Translations under genes and position numbers: made by a program
Assembly (NCBI RefSeq): GCF_006345805.1
Contig: NC_043002.1
Coordinates: forward strand, 20,832,001 to 20,896,000
From: Octopus sinensis
Taxonomy: Eukaryota
DNA: 64,000 bases
Direction of reading: 5' to 3'
The notes under the pieces: model-generated
The model's input: only the letters and a program-made list of their open reading frames with translations
Told to the model about the DNA's origin: nothing
Databases searched by the model: none
Shown: in pieces, positions 1 through 11,870 of the stretch
Numbering within the stretch: position 1 is the first letter of the stretch
Layout of the letters: every line of letters begins with the position of its first letter

Positions 1-235
1 TCGCCCTGATGTTCCATGTCACATCCATGACATTTGCAATAAGCAGAGGATTAGGGCATAACATTTTCGCTCGTACTCTGTTCAGTACCTTTCTCTGTAT
101 GTCGTGTTTTCTATTTCAGCTTGTCATTGAAACTGCTCTTTACTAAGTATGGCTCTGCACGGATATTTCATTAACAGATGATAGATTGGGTATTATGTCT
201 GCAGTTTGCTGGGTGGTGCTTTGTCCTTGTTTATT
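1..235 (-). mobile_element. Possible decayed Penelope-like element fragment (linker / start of GIY-YIG domain)
   Basis: Minus-strand translation with stops and frameshifts gives ...SENVMP*SSAYCKCHGCDMEHQG, loosely like the PLE 'S.NVIY...C..C...YIG' motif. Weak similarity only. Confidence 0.25.
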
Positions 236-373
236 TTTATTGTATTTGTTTTTCGACTCGTTTTTCGGTGCCAGCTGTGTGTGTCACTGTTTAAATTGAG
301 TGTTATCTATAGAAAATATATCATTTCCTAAATAAAAAAAAATATTTATAATTGAGACATGTGGCATTGAGCG

Positions 374-442
<69 letters not shown>

Positions 443-504
443 TTACGAGTGTGTGGACAAACGAAAGAAAGAGCACGCAAAAAATTTATTGGGAGTGGCG
501 TGTA

Positions 505-1112
505 TTGTTCAAAACAGTTGATGGGCTTCCACATAGTTTCGTCAACAAAATTCACTCACAAACCATTGGTTTGACCAGAGGCTATAGTAGAAGACATGGA
601 TCTTTTCGGTTTGAACGGCAGTTTTTTCTAGCGGTGTCATATGAAATTGTCACCCATAATTATGACCCTAGTATCGATCTATTGCATTTCAGTCTGTTTT
701 AGGGTTAGGGTTAGGGTTAGGGGTGGGGGGTAGGGTATCTTTTTTTCTTCAGAAATGTAAATAAACCCAATCTGTTTCTTAAACGAGGGACATATTCATA
801 CGGCACAGAATGTTTTCACCTCAATGGATGTCATTGATTGGTTGAAATTGCAGAAATTGAAGAAAAAAAACAACAACAAATATCTTACAAACTATAGAAT
901 GTTCTCAATAAAGCCAAGAGAAAAAGATGTTTTATAAACACATTCTACCAGTATACGAAGTTTAAAAGTGTTTAGTTACGTGGAAATTATTTTAAAAAAC
1001 TGCCGTTCAAACCGAAAAGATCCGAAGACATTTGCCTAAGTTGCCGCGCTGAGGAACGTGCTTTCACTTGGTTCCAAAGCGAACTTCTTAATCCCATAGC
1101 CATACCTGCGCC
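505..1112 (-). mobile_element. SINE family A, 5' half, interrupted by a MITE
   Basis: Degenerate match to other family A copies (ctcacaa...ggctatagtagaagacat|ttgcctaag...cacagccatacctgcgcct). Confidence 0.75.
598..1023. mobile_element. Non-autonomous DNA transposon (MITE) with ~28-bp TIRs, 8-bp TSD and internal (TTAGGG)n
   Basis: Starts GGATCTTTTCGGTTTGAACGGCAGTTTTT and ends AAAAACTGCCGTTCAAACCGAAAAGATCC. GAAGACAT is duplicated at 590-597 and 1024-1031. A second copy lies at 48912-49338. Confidence 0.92.
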
Positions 1113-1904
1113 TATAAATAAAAAAAATTTGAGGTATTTCTTTAGTAATGTTCCAAAAATGATCGAAGCCTTTTCAACTTTAAATTAACAAACAAGAGTT
1201 TACCGCGTCTCTAAATATGGGGGACATTAAAAAGGATGGTGAGCGATGGCGTATTAAGTGTGTCAGGGTTTGGTTACTTGGTTAGAAAAATTAAAGCAAT
1301 CACCGATGTGTTAGTCACAAGTGACTACTTCCTATTCTCTTCACCTAAGAAATTTTTTTTTCTGGGACGATGTGCTGTTTGTAAAAAAAACAAACATTTA
1401 ATATTCTGGTTGCTGACACACTCACAGAAATGTTCAGGGGCCGTAACAGTTACTGAGATTCTTAAGAGGCGAGAAGCATGCGTGGTTGTCTTTAGTGGAG
1501 CACTTCTTGTTGTGACCTTTAGCCTCATGAGACATCAAACTACAAAGAATATGAAACATCTCAGTTTGTGACATCACAATCTGCTCTCAATTTTCCCCCA
1601 CCCCTACTTATCAACAGCTTAACTAATGAAACAAAAATACTCAAAATAAGAAGAAAATAATATAGGAAGATATATGGGAGGCACATTTTGCTGTATCAAG
1701 CTCTGACCTTCACTGTGCCTCTCATTAGACATTCAAGCTACCCAAAACTGCATACAAAAAAACTGATATTTACGTGTGTCATTTTCTAAAATAATAAGTT
1801 GTGAGTTGAGGAAAATTTGGTTGCTACTTCCAGCAGTTCACATAACCACGCGGAAGCTCCCTCGTGGGTATGGGTACCTCTGTTTTGTGGTATAGTCCCA
1901 AGTC

Positions 1905-2062
1905 CCATGTATCATGGAGTTTTAATTTTTTATCGACTCTGAAAGGTTGAAAGCAAAGTTGATCTCGTCAGAATTTGAACTCAGACTGCATAGACTTGGA
2001 ATAAATACGACGTGGCATTCTATATATCCCTCTAACGATTGACTCCGCCAATTCGCGGCCTA
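1905..2062 (-). mobile_element. SINE family B, degenerate
   Basis: Matches the family motif ttatcgac..gaaagg.tgaaagcaaagttga.ctcg.cagaatttgaactcaga. Confidence 0.7.
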
Positions 2063-2309
2063 AATAGTGACAATAACCTTGCCCACCTTTTCGGTGGCCA
2101 CCACTACAAAACATATGCGTAATAGGAAGCCTTAGTGTAGTCGCTGGAATGACTAAAATGAGCTGATATTATACTATGTTCAGAAAGAGCTCTCATTGGA
2201 TAATGTTTAAATAAAGGTCAGGATGGTCACGGTTAAAATAACTTTGAATATAGTTCTATTACATGGAAAAATGTGATCAAGAGAAACAATATTCTTAAGA
2301 TTATAAACC

Positions 2310-3060
2310 TGTAAAATTACAGGACAAGTTACTATACTTGGGAAAGTTCAGGACAACTTGTTACATCTGGTAAAGTAGAGAACAAGAAAATTTTTACTTA
2401 AAATATTATAACTAAAGATAAAATTTCAAATAAAATATTTAGATTTAAAAAATATTAGCTTTTATTAAAACTAAAAATTCTATTACAAGTTATTATTTCT
2501 ATTTGTTATTACTTGTTACTTCTATAAAAAATTAAAAAAATATCTCAAAATATTTTTTGCATTTAAAAAAAAATTATTTTTAAAATTTATTAATTAATTA
2601 AGAATCAGAAATTTGAAAATAGATCATAAAAAATAATAGTAATACACAATTAGTACAATAAATAGAATAGTACAAAAATTAGTTATATATTACAGTAAAA
2701 TCTACCTATAACAACAAATTCACAGTAAATATTTTCTTCAGTTATTGCCAATTCTTCATATTTTTTGTCTTGACCCAATGCTAATCTTTTACATAATGCT
2801 ATTCTACTTTGCATAAAACTTTAGCTATATTGGTACTTCTGGCTCTCATTTTTTAAAGTATTCTAGTGTATCAATATGTTTACAAAATGATGGTGCCATT
2901 TTTAATTATAATGTTACTTTGTAAATTAAAATCAAAGAATTTTTAATATTCAAATTCTATCCTTAGCTGAAATATTAAAAAAATTTTCTTGTTCTGTAGA
3001 TGTAATAAGTTGTCTTGACCTTTTCCAAGTGTAATAACTTTTCCTTTAATTATTTACATT
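2310..3060. repeat. Diverged long inverted repeat (arms ~2310-2440 and ~2945-3060)
   Basis: caagttactatacttgggaaagttcaggacaacttgttacatct...gaacaagaaaattttt matches the reverse complement of aaaaattttcttgttct...agatgtaataagttgtcttgaccttttccaagtgtaataactt. Confidence 0.7.
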
Positions 3061-3500
3061 AGTTACATTTGACAGATATTTGTCCTCATCTTGTTTGTTG
3101 TGAACAAGTTTCGGTTGATATACCCTCCAGCCTTCATCAGGTGTCTTGGGGGAAATTTCGAACCTGGGTTCTCATTCCTAAGGTATTTTTCGATGTTATT
3201 ATTATTATTATTCAGGTCACTGGCTGGAATCGAACTTGGAATCTTGGAATTAGTAGCCATATGCCCGTGGGCAATTATGGAATGAATTTTAGGGCTTATA
3301 AACCTAATATTTTCCTATCCTTGCTTAGTACCGGTTCCCATATGCTACTCATATCTGCACTCAGTCTGCTTAGGAGGTTATTATGTCCTAGCATATGTCC
3401 TGCTTCTTTTAGTTTTCGTATTTTCCAGTGTTCTCTGTCTATCATTTTAACTTCATCCCACAGGGGAAGGTGGTCTCCATTTTTCTATACATGATCAGCT
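3055..3500 (-). mobile_element. Penelope-like element 3' end: GIY-YIG C-terminus plus pLTR with HHR motif
   Basis: Translation GDHLPLWDEVKMIDREHWKIRKLKEAGHMLGHNNLLSRLSADMSSIWEPVL fits the PLE endonuclease C-terminus. It is followed by CTGATGA-a-GGCTG..CAACC-GAAAC-tt-GTT at 3100-3146. Confidence 0.8.
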
Positions 3501-3552
3501 AAACCAGATTTATCAATTTATCAATATATATATATATGTGTGTGGTGTGTGT

Positions 3553-3588
<36 letters not shown>

Positions 3589-3792
3589 CTATTTTTTCTA
3601 AATATCCTGAAGAAGAGGTCTTCAACCCGAATTATAGAAAAACAAGGTAAAACTGCAAATTTTTTTGGGTTTTTTTTCCTTTTGTAGTTTGCTTTGACTT
3701 TCTCGCATTGTACCGACCTTACACAACTATCTTCTTTAGAGTTATACCACACAGTGCTTCACCAAAATTACCGCATTCTAATACCTACACAA

Positions 3793-3871
<79 letters not shown>

Positions 3872-3986
3872 ATATTGGCCTGCTCGCTTAGCCAGCGAGG
3901 TGGCGCCATTCGAAGGCTAAAACAATGCGAACGCATTGTGACCAGCGATGTGTAACAACATCTGATGGTCTGGTCGGTCACGTGAT

Positions 3987-4025
<39 letters not shown>

Positions 4026-4369
4026 GCATGCCTATTCTGTGTATCTTCATTACTTTTCGTTTTCAAAATTCCAACTTCTAATACCGCTATTGATTGATCT
4101 TGACGCGATAATCTCCTTTAGAATACCACGTGTTTGAAAGTTAATTATAGTTTTTCGAATGCATTAGTCAGTTGATACAAAGAGGGTGTTGGCTGAAGAA
4201 AAAATTGTGGGAAAAATAAGAGAAGGAGGCGCACACTAAAGGGTTCTGAATATCTTTACATATACACATACCACGTGTAAGTGAATGTGTGTGTAATTTG
4301 ATGAAGAGCCTCTTTGCGGGCACTTGACTCATCTCGATACTTTAGAGACCTATGGGAGGAATACAATTT

Positions 4370-4560
4370 AGCATACCTGGAAATGATTAAGACGTGCAAC
4401 TTCATTTACAACTTCACGTACACCAAGTCTAAGCCGATGATTGGCACAGCACCAAATAGTTGTATCGTGAAAACCTTCAAGAAGTAGTTTTCTTGCCTTT
4501 GATTTCCGTTCTAACATTACAAGCATTTCTGATGTTTCGTCTCTTAAAAGAGATATCACA
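4370..4560 (-). pseudogene. Decayed hAT-family transposase fragment (ZNF862/C17orf113-like class)
   Basis: D..S.ML..RKS...LLL.GF...IWCCANHRLRLGVREVVNEV..LNHFQ resembles the hAT 'DGASVMLG.KSGV..LL......WHC.NHRLELAV.D' segment. Confidence 0.65.
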
Positions 4561-4938
4561 TTTGCTTTTAGGTAATGATTTGAAATACCAACACTTTATA
4601 TGCATTACATATACGCGCGAACGTGTGTGTGTATGTGTATCTATGTATATATGTACATACATACATACATAGATATATATATGATATATATATATATATA
4701 AACACACACACACATACATACACATACATGCCAACGCACAAAACTCTCGGCCCTTGAGTCACTCTATTGCATTTGCTAAATGTTCTAATATCTACACAGC
4801 CTTTTTTTTTTTATCATATAACGCAAAAAATTCTTGTATACACACGCTGACATATGACCAACGTTGAACCCCTTATTCGCAAAATTACTGAACCTGGAAA
4901 TTAACTATAGTCTGTCTACAGCACTTATTCAGCATTAC

Positions 4939-4982
4939 CTGATACCTTTGGGTTTCAGTGACACCATTAACTCTTATAACCT
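4939..4982 (-). other. Weak candidate micro-exon (VIRVNGVTETQRYQ)
   Basis: ttttttattaatag acceptor, 44 nt open in one frame, cag|gtaatg donor. No homology recognised. Confidence 0.15.
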
Positions 4983-5048
4983 CTATTAATAAAAAATATA
5001 CATATACTCATAATTTGAGTTCTATCTTTCTTGTTTGCATCACCATAA

Positions 5049-5449
5049 CTCTTTTACTATTTTACATGTTTCAGTCAGTTTGACTGTGGCTATGCTGGAG
5101 CACCGCCTTTAATCGAGCAACTCGACTCCAGGACTTATTCTTTGTAAGCCTAGTTCTATCGGTATATTTTGCCGAACTACTAAGTTACGGGGATGTAAAC
5201 ACACCGGCATCGGTTGTCAAACGATGTTAAGGGGACAAACACAGACACACAAACTTATACACACACATACTTATATACATATATTCGACGGGCTTCTTTA
5301 AGTTTCCGTCTACCAAATCCACTCACAAGGCTTTGGTCGGCCCGAGGCTATAGTAGAAGACACTTGACTAAGGAGCCACGCAGCGGAACTGAACCCGGAA
5401 CCATGTGGTTCGTAATAAAACTACTTACCGCACAGCCACTCCTACGCCT
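5049..5449 (-). mobile_element. SINE family A, near full length (tRNA-like head, CORE-like 'ccttgggcaagt' segment, internal microsatellite, (agtaaaag)n tail)
   Basis: Head aggcgtaggagtggctgtg.ggtaag with B-box ccgggttcagt; shares its full structure with many other copies in the window. Confidence 0.9.
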
Positions 5450-5456
5450 GACATAA

Positions 5457-5503
<47 letters not shown>

Positions 5504-5983
5504 TATATTAGTACAGGATGTCACAAAACGTAATCACCATGAAATACGAAAGCAACCCAGGGGATGTGAACAACAAGAGAAACAAATAGAAAACAAGACA
5601 AGTAAAATAAAGAACGACCCTTCATCAGTTGTCGGCTGTTTATCTACTCCACATTTCGATCAATGCACGACAATATATGTTCTCGGAAAACGGTTGCTCC
5701 CGCGAACCAAAATAAAATTTGGGATTTGCAGAGGGTCAAAGATGGTAACAAGAACAGGACATACAACAAACCAAACCAAACGGAAACAAACAGGGAGGGC
5801 CCTTAGGCCAGACGAGGTAAGGTGGCGAAGGCTGGAAAAATATTCATTGATAAGAGAAAAGATAGGAGAGGAGATAAGAATGCGTTTGGTCTGTGCGACA
5901 GACTAAAAGAAAAGAAATATGATCACGTGAGAAAAAGAAAGATGGACAATGGTCACGTGTGAGAAACGAGAGAGAGTAAAGGA

Positions 5984-6023
<40 letters not shown>

Positions 6024-6133
6024 TAGAAAACGGTGAAGGGGAGAAAAAATTAGAGAGAGGATGAGAGAGAAAAAACGAAAGAGGGAGAGAGATAACAGTA
6101 CAGGGTAAAGTCGCATCAAAAGTATTAAGATAA

Positions 6134-6249
6134 ACTTACTTGGAAATGGATGCGTGGCGTTCAATCGTGTAATAATATGAATAAAAATATATAGATATGC
6201 ATATTTACATTACCATACGATTGAACACCACGCATCCAATTCCAAGTAA

Positions 6250-6251
<2 letters not shown>
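6134..6251. other. Hairpin with a 37-bp stem (2 mismatches, 1 G-U) and a 44-nt AT-rich loop
   Basis: ACTTACTTGGAAATGGATGCGTGGCGTTCAATCGTGT (6134-6170) pairs with ATACGATTGAACACCACGCATCCAATTCCAAGTAAGT (6215-6251). Confidence 0.85.
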
Positions 6252-6324
<73 letters not shown>

Positions 6325-6333
6325 TATATACAT

Positions 6334-6520
6334 TGGCGCAGGTGTATCTGTGTGGTAACAAGCTTGCTTCCCAACCACATTGTTCTAGTTTCAGTCCCAC
6401 ATCGCGTGACATCTTGGGCAAGTGTCTTCTACTGTAGCTTTGGATCGACCAAAGCCTTGTGAGTGGATTAGGTAGACGAAAACTGAAGAAAGCCCGTCGT
6501 ACAGACACACACACATACAC
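6334..6520 (+). mobile_element. SINE family A, 5' half
   Basis: ggcgcaggtgtatctgtgtggtaa...cttgggcaagtgtcttctac...gaaagcccgtcgta followed by (CA)n. Confidence 0.85.
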
Positions 6521-6707
6521 ACACAATGAGTTTCACTCTAGGCTGAACGGTTACTGTAATGAGCCAAACTGAAAGTCGACTTTCATAGTGTTCAAGATGT
6601 GGTGGTGGCTGAGAAGTTTTTCTTAGCTGGTGGTGGTGGTTTGTTTACTGTTTAGCTTATTTGGGGTTTTGTTTGATTAATTTGGTTGTATTAATTATTC
6701 CAGGAAC

Positions 6708-6925
6708 TAAGGCGACGAGCTGACAGAATCTTTAGCACGCTGGACGAAATGCTTAGCAGTATTTCACCTGTCGCTCCGTCTTGACTCAAATGACATTTAG
6801 GTCGGCTTTTCTGTTTATTCTTTCGGGGTCGATAAAACAAGTACCTGTTAAAGACTGGAATCGATGTAATCGACTCATACCCTCTCCCCAAAACTGCTAC
6901 ACTTCTAGCAACATTTGAAACCATT
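6708..6925 (+). mobile_element. SINE family B variant
   Basis: aaggcgacgagctgacagaatc...gaaatgcttagcagtatttc...cggggtcgataaa...gtacc. Confidence 0.85.
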
Positions 6926-8049
6926 AATTATTCTGGAAAATGTCTTAAATTGCGTTATTTAATTTACTCTGGAATGCATCTGTATTGAGTTCTCTTTAAC
7001 TGAGAGGTAATAGAATAAAGTGCAACTTAACTGTGGTTGTGTCTGATGCAATTTTGACACTGCAAGCTTTCCTTAGTTATATTACGCTAGTCTCTCGTTT
7101 ACAACTCGGTGAAATCTATATTCAGATATATTAGGTACAGAATGCAGCAGGAAGAAAATAAACAAATAAATAAATAAAAAATCCCACATTTCACAGATTG
7201 ACAAACGTTTCAACAGCAAGCATTCGGTATGCAGAGATCTAAAACATGAACGTAACTGAAAACGATTAACATTAGCTACACGAAGACACCATTGTTATCT
7301 TCCTAACTTTGCTAACCCCACAATAATGGCCATATAAAATATAGACGATTTTATCTTGCATCCTGTATGTAAAGATTTTGGCTTCTGCTCTATCTGGCCA
7401 TCAATTATATCTGCAACCGAGACTCTTAACGGCATCCCATGGGCTAAATCCTTTCCAAATATAACTTTGCGTACGTACATACATACATACATACATACAT
7501 TATATCCATATGGATACACATTCTATTGTAGTTCTTGAAACCATCACTTCATGTTTTGCAAGTCAAACTTTCTGCTGTTGTATGTAGCTTTTCCCATCTT
7601 CTCATTCCAGTGTTTGCATACACATATTTCACTTCTCTTTTCTAGGGGACGCGTCGTAACTAGACGAATGATACAGACTGGCATCCACAAGTATCCGTTA
7701 GATATATCTCGCTTTATAAAATGCTTAATTTAGCGTAATTTATCGGTCCCAGGTAATGTTATGCTGGTGATTTCTAATAAGAATGAAATGGCGCTATACG
7801 TTATTACATAAGACTAGAAATTTTATGATCTTTGAAATGAGTCAGAAAAAAAATGAAGTGTGTATATTCTATGCATCTTTGGTCTTCGATTTAAAATTCT
7901 AGCTTCCAATTACGCCAAGTTTTATCTGGAAATGGTTATCTCCCTTACAATAACTGGCCACTAGAGCACATATCGTGTTACCTGAAATAGCCCGATAAGA
8001 CTAATACTTCTGCTTTATTAAATACAAATATAATAGTTTCTGACTCAGA

Positions 8050-8932
8050 AACGAAGCCAGCAATTTTGAGGGGAGGATGTTCATCGATGCTATCGATCCC
8101 AGTACTTAACTGGTACTTTATTTTATCGAACCCAAAAGTATGAAAGGCGAAGTTGACTCCGGCAGTGTTTGAACTCAGAATGTCAAAAAAGTGGTAGAGA
8201 TATCGCGACACATTTTCCGACGCTCAAACGATCCAGCAAGTTCACTGCCGCAAATATTGGTTTCAGATTTTGGCGCAAGTTTAGTAATTTTGAGGAGTGT
8301 GAGCAAGAGGATTACTTCGACCAACCCCACTACTTGACTTGTATTTTATTTTATCGGCACCGAAAGGCAAAGTTGACTTCGGTGGGATTCAGAGCCGGGA
8401 GAAATGCCGCTCAGCATTTTGTCAAACGCGCTGACTTCTCTTATTTCTTTACAGCCCACAAGGGGCTACACACAGAAGGGGACAAACAAGGACAGAAAAA
8501 CGGATTAAGTCCATTATATCGACTCCAGTGCGTAACTGGTACTTATTTAATCGGCCCTGAAAGGATGAAAGACAAAGTCGACCTCGGCGGAATTTGGACT
8601 CAGAACGTAAAGACAAACGAAATACCTATTTCTTTACTGCCCACAAGGAGCCAAACACAGAGAGGACAAACAAGGACAGACAAACGGATTAAGTCGATTA
8701 TATCGACCCCAGTGCATAACTGGTACTTATTTAATCGACCTCGAAAGGATGAAAGGCAAAGTCAACCTCGGCGGAATTTGAACTGAGAACGTAACGGCAG
8801 ACGAAATACGGCTACGCATTTCGCCCGGTGTGCTATCGATTCTGCCAGCTCGCCGCCTTAAAAGACCAACGAAATGCTTAGAAGCATTTCGTCCAGCGTG
8901 TTAACGATTCTGCCAGCTCACCGCCTTTTCTG
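8050..8932 (-). mobile_element. Cluster of tandem SINE family B units
   Basis: Four repeats of the atcgaccccgaaaggatgaaaggcaaagtcgacctcggcggaatttg core plus two heads (ctgccagctcgccgcct). Confidence 0.9.
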
Positions 8933-9670
8933 TCAGCTCGCAGTGTTTGCTTTAAATATAATATAATACTATACGTTTGGTATCGAATACTATTTTCACT
9001 CACTTCTTGTTTATTCTCACATATCCTCAACACAGAGAATGGGGAGGAGAGAGTGAGAGAGGGGAGAGGAGAGTGAGAGACGTGGAGGGGCGAGGGAGAG
9101 ATGGAGAGAGTGATGAATTAAGGGCTAATATAAGTGATATTAGATATTATAAGCACCAATTTGTTTCAAAAAAGGAAAAAAAACATCTCTGACGTCACCC
9201 TATTTCTGTATCAAATTGGCGGTTATGATATTTAATATCAGACAAAAACACACATGTATGCAAGCACACACATAAAATTACACGCGTACATGCACACTGA
9301 CACACATACAAACACTAATATATTAACGGCTGAGATTCTAATTAAAAAAACCCAAAACGTTATAAATAACCACATTGTGACCCATACGTGGTCGTGTGGT
9401 CAAACAGTTTGAATCTCATGCTGTTATGAGGTATGGGTTCGATCGAAGTGTGCAGCATTTGTCTTTTACCTCAAACTCGATATACTCCAAGCTCTATGCC
9501 AAAAAATTGCACCACACACACACACACACACAAATGTATGTGTGTGTGTATTCTTCCAAGTAGAATAACACACGCATATACGCATTCACATGCATGAATA
9601 CCTATTCCGCCCACTCAAAAACACTGACTATATATATTCATTTGATTACACACACACACCATATATATAT

Positions 9671-9746
<76 letters not shown>

Positions 9747-9759
9747 GTATATATATATG

Positions 9760-9800
<41 letters not shown>

Positions 9801-9831
9801 GTATAATATTATACATATACGAATATATATC

Positions 9832-9862
<31 letters not shown>

Positions 9863-10199
9863 TTGTATATGTATGCGTGTGTTTGTATATATATATATTA
9901 TATTTATATATGTACATATGTATGAACATATGTGTGTGTATGTTTGTGTATGTGTGTGTATGTGTGTGTATGTATGTATGTATGTATGTATGTATATATT
10001 GCCCTATTTCAGTGGTTGTTGTTGTTGTTGTAGTTGTTGTTGTCCTAATATTTCTAAAAACTGTTCCTGTGTCACGTCACTTGATTGTGATTTTAACCAA
10101 CTAATCAAATCTGGAATGTTCTTTACTGAAATTACCACCGATTCAATGGCACAGATAGTCTTTCAGAAACGCAATTAAGGTTCTCCCACCCGCCCATCG

Positions 10200-10301
10200 T
10201 CCGTCTCCCTCCTCTCTCCCTCTCTCCCTCTCTCTCTCTCTCTCTTTCACCCAAATTCTTTCTCTTCTTTCCCTTTCTGTAATTGTCTTCACTTCTACAC
10301 C

Positions 10302-10349
<48 letters not shown>

Positions 10350-10560
10350 CTCTCTCCTCTTCTATTTCCCTCATTTTCTTCTATTCTGCCATTCTCTCTT
10401 CCAATCATTTCTCTTCGTTCCTTTCTCTTCATTTTTTCGTATCTCTCTCCTTCTCTCTTTCTGTCTCTCCTTCTCTCCTTTTCTCTCTCCATTTTTCTTT
10501 CTCTCTCTCCTCCCCCCCTCTCTCTCTCTAATTTCCTTCTATAGTTTTCTATCCATTGTT
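10200..10560. repeat. (CT)n-rich polypyrimidine tract
   Basis: Direct reading. Confidence 0.9.
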
Positions 10561-10834
10561 TGTTTGCTTCTTTCTTTCTTTGTTTCTTTTTTGGGGGGCT
10601 ATTATAACTGTTTCTGATTTAGAGGTATAAGACCAGCGATTTTGAGGGGATGGGTGAGTCGATAACTTTGACCCCAGTGCCTTAATAGTACTTTATTTTA
10701 TCGACCCCCGGGGAGATGAAAGGCAATTTACACTTTATCATAATGATTATACTTTGATCATTAATTAATGCAATGTCAGTTCAATTCTCAGCTGTCCGAT
10801 CACTAAATTCTTTTAGATTAATTTTCCTTTTCTT

Positions 10835-11470
10835 TGAAGGCAGCGAGCTGGTAGAATCGTTGCCACACCACGAAATGCTTAGCAGCATTTCCTCTGGTTT
10901 TAACGTTCTAAGTTCGAATTCCTCCAAGGTTGACTATGCCTTTCAGAACCGTTAGAATGAGTACCAGTCAAGGCGGCGAGCTGGCAGAACCGTTAGCACG
11001 CTGGGCAAAATGCTTAGCAGTATTTCGTCTGCCGCTACGTTCTGAGTTCAAATTCCGCCGAGGTCGACTTTGCCTTTCATCCTTTCGGGGTCGATAAATT
11101 AAGTACCAGTTACGCACTGGGGTCGATGTAATCGACTTAATCCGTTTGTCTGTCCTTGTTTGTCCTCTCTGTGTGTAGCCCCTTGTGGGTAGTAAAGAAA
11201 TAGGTATTTCGTATGCCGCTACGTTCTGAATTCAAATTCCGCCGAGGTCGACTTTACCTTTCATCCTTTCGGGGTCGATTAAATAAGTACCAGTTACACA
11301 CTGGAGTCGATGTAATCAACTTAATCCCTTTGTTTGTCCTTGTTTGTTCCCTCTATGTTTAGCCCCTTGTGAGCAATAAAGAGATAAGAATGAGTACCAG
11401 TCATTCACTGCGGTCAAGGTGATAGGATTTCCCTTCCTTTCTAAATTGTTTGTCTTGTTCCAAAATTAGT
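10835..11470 (+). mobile_element. SINE family B: degenerate copy followed by a head plus tandem dimer
   Basis: Head aggcggcgagctggcagaac at 10971; the unit starting gtatttcg repeats at 11020 and 11204 (184-nt period). Confidence 0.9.
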
Positions 11471-11699
11471 TTTTCGCGCTTTTCTGTGTCTTTCGTTTAT
11501 GTTCTATATTTTCTTTCATAACATTCTTCTTTCTTTGACTTCTTCCAGTTCAGCGCCGGTGGGGTTCGAACGTCGTTCTTTGCGCAGAGAACATAAATAA
11601 ATACCAGCATTTTAATATTTAGCTATGTTCTTTTAGAAATGGATGTGTGTGCGTGCATATATTTATGCATACGTATATGTATGTATAAATGTATATAGT

Positions 11700-11870
11700 T
11701 ATTTCAAAAACGGAGCAAAGGAAAGAAAAAAAACAACAACAATGTGAAGACGTAACACATGCAAAGTATTAATAAGATACTCGGAGAAAAGAGTGGTTGT
11801 ATTACGTTTCGAGCATAGCTCTTCATCGGAAACAGGAAACATAGGAAAGTCCCAAGGAAAAGGAAGAAGT
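11700..11870 (-). mobile_element. Penelope-type pLTR fragment with minimal HHR-like motif (11796-11834)
   Basis: TGTTT-CCGATGA-a-GAGC-tat-GCTC-GAAAC-GTA-ATACA. Flanks are homologous to 60860-61020. Confidence 0.6.

Noticed and set aside
699-736. True telomere or chromosome-fusion scar
   Set aside because: Only 3-4 TTAGGG units, located inside a MITE present twice.
5600-5700. CTGATGAAGGG on the minus strand in a pLTR-like repeat
   Set aside because: No matching stem II or GAAA downstream.
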